Shown piece by piece: positions 17,194 through 24,364 of a DNA stretch of 32,000 bases (positions within the stretch are counted from its first letter, which is position 1; each line of letters opens with the position of its first letter). Position numbers and translations under genes: made by a program. The DNA comes from Superficieibacter sp. 1612_C1 (GTDB lineage Bacteria; Pseudomonadota; Gammaproteobacteria; Enterobacterales; Enterobacteriaceae). The stretch lies in contig NZ_JADGMI010000010.1 in assembly GCF_015234305.1 (NCBI RefSeq), forward strand, positions 8,752 through 40,751, read 5' to 3'. Below the pieces are notes generated by a model. The model saw nothing but the letters and a program-made list of their open reading frames with translations, ran no database searches and had not been told where the DNA came from.

Positions 17194-17589
17194 TCAATTA
17201 TCGCCGTTGACAAAATGTCTTGTTTCGGCCTCTTGCTCGGCAGCGTTAATTCCGCTGATAATCATATCGAGCGTCTCTTCAAGCTGGCTTTCGCCTTCTT
17301 TCCCTGTCATTTTTAAATACATTTCAGAGAGCAGTGTAGCAATAAGTACAGTTCCTTCCCTTGAGCCGGCTGCCTTTCTGATAAGGTCCCTTCTGTAGCC
17401 CTCAAGGTCGAACTGCTGTCCGTCTTCACCATCCCGCTTATAAACAAGAAGCCCCAGACGAATTAGCTCATTGCATGTTGCCGAGATATTTGCCTCTCCC
17501 GGATTGGCTCCGTTCTGCAGGTCATGCAGGACAATGTCGCGTACTTCTCGTTCGATTTTATCTTTAAGGTAAATACCTACTCTTCCCAT
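17194..17589 (-). CDS. traM: TraM (oriT-binding relaxosome accessory protein)
   Basis: 131 aa, at the position next to oriT. The N-terminal RHH-like segment ..ISATCNELIRLGLLVYK resembles F TraM ..FSATASMLLELGLRVHE. Confidence 0.85.
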   Translation of the reverse strand: MGRVGIYLKDKIEREVRDIVLHDLQNGANPGEANISATCNELIRLGLLVYKRDGEDGQQFDLEGYRRDLIRKAAGSREGTVLIATLLSEMYLKMTGKEGESQLEETLDMIISGINAAEQEAETRHFVNGDN

Positions 17590-17608
17590 ATTTCAGACCT
17601 TTTTATGT

Positions 17609-17862
17609 TAGTGTCGGAACCGACACTACGCATGAATATTTCTGGCGACAGTGATATCGTCAGATTGTACTGTATGGTTTTGAATTCCCGTCAGCTCCAG
17701 TTATATACAGTAGTATAATCCTGTACCAGGATGTGAGACAGTGTGACACTGTGTGATATCTAATTCAATGTTATTTATGAATATCTACAATTATACGACA
17801 CATGTACCACATACCGACACTAACAGGTGTCATAATGCTACGATAGTATAGTGTCGGTATGT
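17609..17862. promoter_or_regulatory. Cluster of palindromes sharing the CCGACACTA / TAGTGTCGG motif; putative TraM (sbm-type) binding sites and traM promoter region
   Basis: There are three palindromes. TAGTGTCGG-AA-CCGACACTA at 17609-17628 lies 20 nt upstream of the traM ATG. ACAGTGT-G-ACACTGT is at 17738-17752. ACATACCGACACTA (17809-17822) pairs with TAGTGTCGGTATGT (17849-17862). Confidence 0.55.
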
Positions 17863-17937
17863 ACGATAAAAATGGGTCAGATTACTTAATTACGCACAAT
17901 TTTTAACGCTATCCAGATGAATATAAAGAAAAAATCT

Positions 17938-17970
17938 GCAAGACGAAGTCTTGCGTGGGGTGTGATGTTT
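17938..17970 (+). other. oriT: oriT nic region: inverted repeat followed by an F-type nic core GCGTGGGGTGT|G
   Basis: GCAAGAC-GAA-GTCTTGC (17938-17954) is followed by ttGCGTGGGGTGT/GATGTTT. F oriT as I remember it is TTTGCGTGGGGTGT/GGTGCTTT. The predicted nick lies between 17963 and 17964 on the + strand. Confidence 0.75.
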
Positions 17971-18160
17971 TAAGGGGTGGGTAAAGAGCGGCTGGTAAAT
18001 ACCGGCATCTGGTCAGGCTCGAATATTCCGGCAGAGGAGCAAACACATGCAGCTGAGCGTTCACGCGCGTTTGTAGTGAATAAACTTGATTAAGACGATC
18101 CGCCGGGGTATTTTTTACAGCGTCTCCCGGACGGGCTTATATTTCGCTTAAGGCCATAAA

Positions 18161-18700
18161 ATGAAAATATCACTACTGCCTGCCGCTATGATGGTCATTT
18201 CACTTTCAGCGGGTGCAGCACCCCAGATGTGCTTTGACCAGGCAGGGAAGGATTACCGGATTGATCCGCTGCTGCTCATGTCAATTTCAATTAAAGAGAG
18301 CAGACTCAAACCGGCCGCGATAAATGGATCAAACCGGAACGGAACGGAAGATGTCTGCGGGATGCAGGTCAACAGCTCCCATTACGGGAAACTTAAAAAG
18401 TTTAATATTACCCGTGAGCGCCTGTTAAATGATCCGTGTATCTGTGTCTATACCGGAGCGTGGGTTCTGGCGCACAACTTCCGGTCATATGGAAAAAACT
18501 GGGACAGCGTGGGAATGTATAATACAGGACCGGGCAAAAAACTCATCGTACAGCGTCGGGCGTATGCTGAAGATATCAGGAATATATACCGCGTATTGCT
18601 GGCAAGAAAAACGATCTTTTCACAACGTCCGGCACCTGCTGCGGAAAAGGCAAGCAAGGAAAAGTTAACAGAAACGGCAGCGTTGAATAACACGCAGTAA
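18161..18700 (+). CDS. Lytic transglycosylase (SLT domain), F Orf169 / R1 P19-like
   Basis: Signal peptide. CFDQAGKDYRIDPLLLMSISIKESRLKP..GMQVNSSH..NDPCICVYTGAWVLA..VGMYNTG resembles F Orf169 [58 protein letters not shown]. The catalytic Glu lies in the ES motif. Confidence 0.9.
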   Translation: MKISLLPAAMMVISLSAGAAPQMCFDQAGKDYRIDPLLLMSISIKESRLKPAAINGSNRNGTEDVCGMQVNSSHYGKLKKFNITRERLLNDPCICVYTGAWVLAHNFRSYGKNWDSVGMYNTGPGKKLIVQRRAYAEDIRNIYRVLLARKTIFSQRPAPAAEKASKEKLTETAALNNTQ

Positions 18701-18701
18701 A

Positions 18702-18723
18702 AAGCCGCTCAATGGAGCGGCTT
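18702..18723. terminator. Bidirectional hairpin between the SLT gene and the DUF932 gene
   Basis: AAGCCGCTC-aatg-GAGCGGCTT, a 9-bp perfect stem, followed by aattttc. Confidence 0.6.
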
Positions 18724-18728
18724 AATTT

Positions 18729-19550
18729 TCAGGCTTTCAGCTTCGCGAATTCCTCAGCCATTTTCCATAACGCCTGATTAAGTTTGATATCACCGTCAAT
18801 TCCTGTAACTTCGCGCGTTCTTGTCCGGTTGCCTTTCGCCGTTCTGCCGGAAATGCCGCCCCTGATGACATTTTCCTGAATGCGGTTAAATGTGGTCCAT
18901 AAATCATTACGGTTATCCTCAAACCGGCGATGGCGTATTACCTGCTCCGGCGTAATCGGGGCCTGTTTTCCTTCATACTTATATTCCAGCGCTGCCGCAC
19001 CCAGTAAATGTTGCTCCGGCCCGGTGAGCTGTATACTGCGCATCAGGTCAATATTCTGATCAACGTTTTCAAATGTCCGCAGCACCTCAAATGCGCCCTC
19101 AATAACCTGCCCCACAATATCCCCTTTGTGTGGCACGCTGATTTCGCCAAAATCTTTCCAGGCAACGAGACCATTAGAGCAGACCTGGCGAAACATGCCG
19201 GGGATCATTTTATAGCTGCTCGATCCGTCGTGACTGTTCAGCAGAATAATTTCCGGCACCTCTTTACCCTGAATTTGATCGTGGCGGCGAAGACGCAACA
19301 GATGTTTTGTGAATTCGCGTTTGTCAGCATTACGCGTACGCGACTGCGTGGCAAAATATGGCTGAAAGCCTTCATCACGCAAACGGTCAAGTAATACGAT
19401 AGTGGGAATATAGGTATAACGCTCTGAACGGGATTCATGTTTTTCAACGGAAAACGCGCTGGGAACAATACGCTGTAATTCATCGTTAGTAATAGGGCGG
19501 TTCATACGAATTGAAGACGGCATACGATAACGATTTGCAAAGCTGACCAT
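18729..19550 (-). CDS. DUF932-family protein (F leading-region ORF273-like)
   Basis: 273 aa, the same length and position as F orf273 next to the SLT gene and oriT. GAGGAA SD. The family assignment is from memory of leading-region architecture. Confidence 0.7.
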   Translation of the reverse strand: MVSFANRYRMPSSIRMNRPITNDELQRIVPSAFSVEKHESRSERYTYIPTIVLLDRLRDEGFQPYFATQSRTRNADKREFTKHLLRLRRHDQIQGKEVPEIILLNSHDGSSSYKMIPGMFRQVCSNGLVAWKDFGEISVPHKGDIVGQVIEGAFEVLRTFENVDQNIDLMRSIQLTGPEQHLLGAAALEYKYEGKQAPITPEQVIRHRRFEDNRNDLWTTFNRIQENVIRGGISGRTAKGNRTRTREVTGIDGDIKLNQALWKMAEEFAKLKA

Positions 19551-19581
19551 AATATTTTCCTCTCAGTTAAAAGTGATATGG

Positions 19582-19881
19582 TTATGCGGAAATGACACGG
19601 TGAAAGTTTTCCAGTGGAAGCGTTGCGGCTACCGGATAACTATTCATGATCCACACTGAAAAATAATCAGGGCAGTTATCATTCATTACAGTGATTTCGT
19701 AACTGCCCGCGGGCGGAATAAAGATTTCAGGCTGGGGCTTACCCTCTGTAATCCGTAATACAAGGCAGAATAAATCCACCACCTGATCGACCGTCAGGGG
19801 CACAGGAATGCCTGATGTTTTTTCACATCTTCCGGAAGATTCTTGAGCGGCGGTTTTGACGTTGACGTTTTGTGTGTTCAT
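19582..19881 (-). CDS. Hypothetical leading-region protein (99 aa)
   Basis: GGAGAA SD before the ATG at 19881. It lies immediately downstream (on the minus strand) of a structured GC-rich block. No family recognised. Confidence 0.5.
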   Translation of the reverse strand: MNTQNVNVKTAAQESSGRCEKTSGIPVPLTVDQVVDLFCLVLRITEGKPQPEIFIPPAGSYEITVMNDNCPDYFSVWIMNSYPVAATLPLENFHRVISA

Positions 19882-20574
19882 CCTGGTTTTCTCCTGTGGT
19901 GATGGTTATCCATCTCCCTGGTGAGTTCTCTCGCGGCAGGGGCAAAGGAGCGACGGCAGCACGGCTGTTGCAAGGGCGCCGCAGGCGCTCTGTTTACCCT
20001 TGCAACTGACGGGATGACGGTGCTACGACAGGCCCCCCGCGTGAGAACGACCGGGGCGATGGATGGCGCACGGAAAACGGGCAGGATGAACACACCCGAC
20101 ACGTCGGAACGACGGGGCGACTACAGAGCGCCAGCGGCGCGGTGAAAGCGACGTGACCGGAACGGTCACTGTGAGCGCGGGGTTGACCTTCGCCATCAGA
20201 CCCTAGCCGCAAGGCCCGAAACCCGCAGGGGTTCGGCGGAGACTGGCGGGTGCGCAGCAGCTGCCTGGCGGAGTGGGGCTTGACGACCGGGCAGCAACGC
20301 TGCCCGGGAGCCGAAGGGGGCCATCGCCCTGAAGGTTTTTTTGGTTATGGTCATCACTGAGCAGCAGGTGAAAAAGTTAACACACAAAACACCGGTTAAA
20401 ACGAACAGCCCGAAGAACATGGCTGATGCCACGTGGAAACACGGCTGAAGGATAAACACTACAGCGGGAAACGGCATGAGCGCCGGAGGCGCTTTTGCCC
20501 TTCCCGTTTCCCCGGAGGGGAAGGATGTTTTTGCGGTTGCCCCGATGATCGGCACCGGGGCACTGTGCGGCAGA
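19882..20574. other. GC-rich, hairpin-dense non-coding block; candidate Frpo/ssi-type single-strand promoter region
   Basis: No ORF here has an SD. Long perfect stems include GTTGCAAGGG(19967-76)/CCCTTGCAAC(19997-20006) and CCGGGCAGC-aac-GCTGCCCGG (20287-20307). It sits upstream of minus-strand leading genes. Confidence 0.45.
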
Positions 20575-20901
20575 TCAGATCAGCTCTCCGCTTTCCCCTC
20601 CGCTTTCCCCTCCGTTTTCCTGCTCATAGTGCATCATGGCTATATTCAGCAAAGCATTAAAACCCTCGATATCCGCATTGCACAGGGTCAGACTCTCCAC
20701 GTCGGGTGCCATAAATCCGCCACCGTCCGGCAGACGATAAAACTGCCAGAACCCTCCCGTATAGTCGGGGCAGTAGCGGTGTGCGTAGGCATACATGGAT
20801 GCCTCAGACATCATGAAATCGCCACCAAACAAATCAGGTAAAAACGTCAGGCGCTGCGCACCTTCAAGACGCACGGCATCACAAATTACGGTCTGGTTCA
20901 T
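20575..20901 (-). CDS. Antirestriction-family protein (YfjX/KlcA/ArdB-like)
   Basis: From MNQTVICD (GGAGGA SD before the ATG at 20901): ..EASMYAYAHRYCPDYTGGFWQFYRLPDGGGFMAP resembles the remembered KlcA-type motif ..CADYTGGHWEFYTLSNGGFYMAP. It has an acidic Gly-rich tail GGESGGESGELI. Confidence 0.75.
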   Translation of the reverse strand: MNQTVICDAVRLEGAQRLTFLPDLFGGDFMMSEASMYAYAHRYCPDYTGGFWQFYRLPDGGGFMAPDVESLTLCNADIEGFNALLNIAMMHYEQENGGESGGESGELI

Positions 20902-21352
20902 AGATCCTCCACTGTTAACATATTCCCGGTTCCGGCATCGCCGTGACGACACGACAGACCGGCGAAAAGCGGAGGACGCAGGGGCGACGCCGCAAGCCGC
21001 AGCGCAAAGCCTTCACGGGCTGAATGCACCGTGAAGGGTGCGAACGGGTGAGCAGTTGTGTTTGATGTCAATCAGTGGCTGTAATAGATGACGAGCAGCA
21101 GTAATAGATAAATGCCCGTATACTGGCAGGCGGAACTTAGGCGGTGTAGAGTCCGCTCTATAACGTTTTCTTAATCTCCGTATCACAAACAAAGTTGCCT
21201 TGCTAATTACCTCCCTTCTCAAAAGTACTCTCTAATATCCTTTAGGTGCTGATAGACACCAACAAGAGGTACTGTTTAAATATCCAGACAAAAGAATTCC
21301 CTCTGGGTTAGATGAGTGATACAGTTTCACCCATAAGACCCCAGGAGGCATT

Positions 21353-22786
21353 ATGTCTGAATTTGAATTGCTGGCGCAGGACCTGCTCGAGAAAGCAGGT
21401 ACGGAGGAAAAGCTGCGACAGGAAAATGATAAGAAGCTGATCGAGCAGGTACTGGAAATCTATGATCAAAAGTACGTGGCCGAGTTACTCAGAAAAGTAG
21501 GCAAAAACGAGTGGAGCCGAGAAACCCTTAACCGCTGGATTAATGGCAAGTGCCCACCAAAGTCGCTGACTTCAGCAGAAGAAACGCTTCTCCGGAAAAT
21601 GCTACCAGAACCGCCTGCACATCATCCGAACTATGCCTTTCGGTTTATTGACCTGTTTGCTGGTATTGGCGGTATACGAAAAGGTTTTGAGTCAATTGGT
21701 GGACAGTGTGTTTTTACCAGTGAATGGAATAAAGAGGCGGTGCGTACTTATAAAGCCAACTGGTTTAACGATGAGCAGGCACACAAGTTCAATCTTGATA
21801 TCAGGGAAATAACGCTCAGTGATAAACCTGAAGTGTCGGAAACTGATGCCTACGCATACATTGATGACCATGTACCGGATCATGATGTACTTCTGGCCGG
21901 CTTCCCATGCCAGCCGTTCAGTCTTGCTGGCGTGAGCAAGAAAAATTCTCTTGGTCGTGCACATGGTTTTGAATGTGAGGCGCAGGGAACGCTTTTCTTC
22001 GACGTAGCACGTATTATACGGGCAAAAAAACCGGCCATCTTTGTTCTGGAGAACGTCAAAAACCTGAAGAGCCATGACAAGGGCAAAACCTTTAAAGTCA
22101 TCATGGAAACCCTTGACGAATTGGGCTATGAAGTTGCAGATTCGGCTGATGTAGGTAAAAACGATCCTAAAGTCATCGACGGAAAGCACTTCCTGCCTCA
22201 GCACCGCGAACGTATCGTTCTGGTAGGTTTCCGCCGCGACCTGAATATCCATAGTGGCTTTACCCTGCGCGATATCAGTCGTTTTTATCCGGAACGACGT
22301 CCATCATTTGGCGATCTATTGGACCCCGTGGTGGACAGTAAATATATCCTAACGCCGAAGCTCTGGGAGTATCTGTACAACTACGCAAAAAAGCACGCGG
22401 CAAAAGGGAATGGCTTCGGTTTTGGTCTCGTCAACCCTGAAAACAAGGAAAGCGTTGCCCGCACGCTTTCCGCACGCTATCACAAAGACGGGTCTGAAAT
22501 TCTGATAGATCGTGGCTGGGATATGGCCACAGGTGAAACAGATTTTGCAAACGAAGAAAACCAGGCTCGTCGTCCTCGCAGGTTGACTCCCCACGAGTGT
22601 GGACGCCTTATGGGATTTGAGAAACCAGACGGCAAACCTTTCCGTATCCCGGTTTCTGATACTCAATCGTACCGGCAGTTCGGTAACTCTGTCGTTGTAC
22701 CAGTGTTTGAAGCCGTTGCCAAATTGCTGGAACCTTACATTCTAAAAGCTGTTTCTGCTAACGCTGATGAGGGTGAACGGGCCTGA
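21353..22786 (+). CDS. ecoRIIM: DNA cytosine-5 methyltransferase, M.EcoRII/Dcm-like (predicted CCWGG specificity)
   Basis: 477 aa. It is almost colinear with E. coli Dcm as remembered: [117 protein letters not shown]. Confidence 0.95.
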   Translation: MSEFELLAQDLLEKAGTEEKLRQENDKKLIEQVLEIYDQKYVAELLRKVGKNEWSRETLNRWINGKCPPKSLTSAEETLLRKMLPEPPAHHPNYAFRFIDLFAGIGGIRKGFESIGGQCVFTSEWNKEAVRTYKANWFNDEQAHKFNLDIREITLSDKPEVSETDAYAYIDDHVPDHDVLLAGFPCQPFSLAGVSKKNSLGRAHGFECEAQGTLFFDVARIIRAKKPAIFVLENVKNLKSHDKGKTFKVIMETLDELGYEVADSADVGKNDPKVIDGKHFLPQHRERIVLVGFRRDLNIHSGFTLRDISRFYPERRPSFGDLLDPVVDSKYILTPKLWEYLYNYAKKHAAKGNGFGFGLVNPENKESVARTLSARYHKDGSEILIDRGWDMATGETDFANEENQARRPRRLTPHECGRLMGFEKPDGKPFRIPVSDTQSYRQFGNSVVVPVFEAVAKLLEPYILKAVSANADEGERA

Positions 22787-22794
22787 GTAATCTT

Positions 22795-22813
22795 CCCGGC
22801 ATTATATGCCGGG
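22795..22813. terminator. Hairpin in the 34-bp gap between the convergent M and R genes
   Basis: CCCGGCAT-tat-ATGCCGGG, an 8-bp perfect stem. Confidence 0.6.
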
Positions 22814-22820
22814 AGCTTCC

Positions 22821-24035
22821 CTAGTTAAGTTCAGCGTAAAGCCCAGTAAGCTCAGCAATGAACGCACCAAGCGTCATCAATTCCTCTCTGATAGCTTCCG
22901 GGTATTTTTTGTGTAATGGCGACGGAACGACCAGCCTGACCCCCGCATCCTGCATTTCCCTGTACTGTGCCTGAGAAACTCCCTCCTGCAACGTAAACAG
23001 GTGCACCTGATGGATTTTATCTGCTTCGTTCAGTATCTGACGCCATCGATCTTTGCAGGTGGTCTTGACCGCCAGCATACGTAGATTTTCCCCGGGAAAC
23101 TCATCGTCGTGGTAAGCCTCCGCAGAAGGGAACAGAAAATCCGGTTTTTTATTGCCTTCCGTAACTGCCTGCGTGGCGAAGTGCCGAAGCCCATGTTCAA
23201 TGAAAAGATGCTCAAGGTGCAGCTCTAGTGATTTTCCGGCCCTAGATTTACGGCGATTACTGACGGAGTTGGCCAGCGCAATAAATTCGTCCACAGAGCC
23301 AAATCCCTTCCTGATGATATCCAGAACGTGAAATTCTTCAACCAGTAGAAAGATATCATACTCGATGCGCCGACGGTCAATGAGCTGCTCATCCGGGTCT
23401 TCAGAGTCTTGAATGTAATGAATGCCAGCATACTGAATAATTTCATTTCCAGAAGGGAAACGCCGCTTCCAGTCTTCAGGAATATCATATGTATGATTGA
23501 CCGGTAAATACTGAATAGACAGCCCGCCCAGAATTTGTCCGGCTGGCCCGGAGATAAAAGTGCCGGGAATAATTTCGCCTATAGCGGTCTCTATAATGTC
23601 CTCTTCATCAGGACTCACGCAAACCCAGATATCTACCTCAGAACAATCACCACCCTGTTCATCGAGTCTAAAGGCCAGAAGCGCCAAGGCTCCGGTATTT
23701 TCAGGGTCTTGTAGTGGGCTTCCCCTTCCCCAGCGCGTGATGCGTTTTTCGTTTCGGGTCTTACCAAAATGACGACTGTTATAATAAATTGCTCGTGCTT
23801 CGCTGTCCGGGCAATCATGTGACGACACGTGCGCAGTGAGAAAGACCGAAGGGTTCAACTCAAGAGTATGGTTGATGGACGGAAACAGTTTTTCAACTAT
23901 ACCAGTAGGGATATAAAGCCCGACCTGATGGCCACCTGTTGCGCCTGTATCGTTGGCTGATAGGCGCTTGATGTAGACAAAGTAATTCCCGCCAGCGATC
24001 TCAAGCAACCAGTCATGAAAAACCGACATAAGCAT
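22821..24035 (-). CDS. ecoRIIR: Type IIE restriction endonuclease, R.EcoRII-like
   Basis: 404 aa, convergent with the methylase. The N-terminal effector domain reads YFVYIKRLSANDTGATGGHQVGLYIP. The catalytic region reads KKPDFLFPS..LAVKTTCKDRWRQILNEA. It closely matches R.EcoRII as I remember it. Confidence 0.9.
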   Translation of the reverse strand: MLMSVFHDWLLEIAGGNYFVYIKRLSANDTGATGGHQVGLYIPTGIVEKLFPSINHTLELNPSVFLTAHVSSHDCPDSEARAIYYNSRHFGKTRNEKRITRWGRGSPLQDPENTGALALLAFRLDEQGGDCSEVDIWVCVSPDEEDIIETAIGEIIPGTFISGPAGQILGGLSIQYLPVNHTYDIPEDWKRRFPSGNEIIQYAGIHYIQDSEDPDEQLIDRRRIEYDIFLLVEEFHVLDIIRKGFGSVDEFIALANSVSNRRKSRAGKSLELHLEHLFIEHGLRHFATQAVTEGNKKPDFLFPSAEAYHDDEFPGENLRMLAVKTTCKDRWRQILNEADKIHQVHLFTLQEGVSQAQYREMQDAGVRLVVPSPLHKKYPEAIREELMTLGAFIAELTGLYAELN

Positions 24036-24364
24036 CCCTCTGTATCTGTTACTCTGAAATTCGAGCTACCATTTTTTCATAGTTATGCAGAAGCAGCCAG
24101 TAGACGATGTGTAGAAGAAGTATGCCTGACAGGAGTCGCTATATATCTACACGAAAAGACGTGCAATTGACGTACTATGCCTCCCCCGAAATAACAATGT
24201 CACCATAGTGCTGGCCTCATTTAACCCTTCGGTTACCCTGAAATAGGATGCAGAGGTTTCGTATGCCGATCAAGGAGGTGCTTATCAATCCACTGCGTGG
24301 TTCTCCTGCCGACTGATAAATCACCCCCACTTTGTTTTCTAAAGGCTATGAGGAGCATAAGGTT

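Noticed and set aside
16965-17213. 82-aa minus-strand ORF considered as a possible traY
   Set aside because: It is antisense to the tandem-RHH gene, is Ser/Leu-rich, has no RHH pattern, and its start lies inside the traM 3' end.
20196-20555. 119-aa minus-strand ORF, including an embedded hydrophobic peptide (MFFGLFVLTGVLCVNFFTCCSV..), considered as a small membrane toxin or hok-like gene
   Set aside because: It has no SD before either candidate start. Its C-terminal two-thirds is an Ala/Pro/Arg read of hairpin DNA. It does not resemble Hok. I treat it as part of the structured non-coding block, although ribosome profiling could overturn this.
21013-21222. 69-aa minus-strand ORF at the left edge of the defence island
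   Set aside because: It has no SD, is basic and low-complexity, and spans the compositional boundary. It is more likely non-coding promoter or structured DNA.
21692-22252. 186-aa minus-strand ORF inside the methylase gene
   Set aside because: It is antisense to the strongly supported M.EcoRII-like frame, with no motifs and no SD.
24036-24364. Intergenic region between gajB and ecoRIIR examined for a third small defence gene (for example the 17-aa ORF MPIKEVLINPLRGSPAD with an upstream AGGAGG-like context)
   Set aside because: It is too short and unconserved-looking to support. The region most plausibly holds the ecoRIIR promoter.
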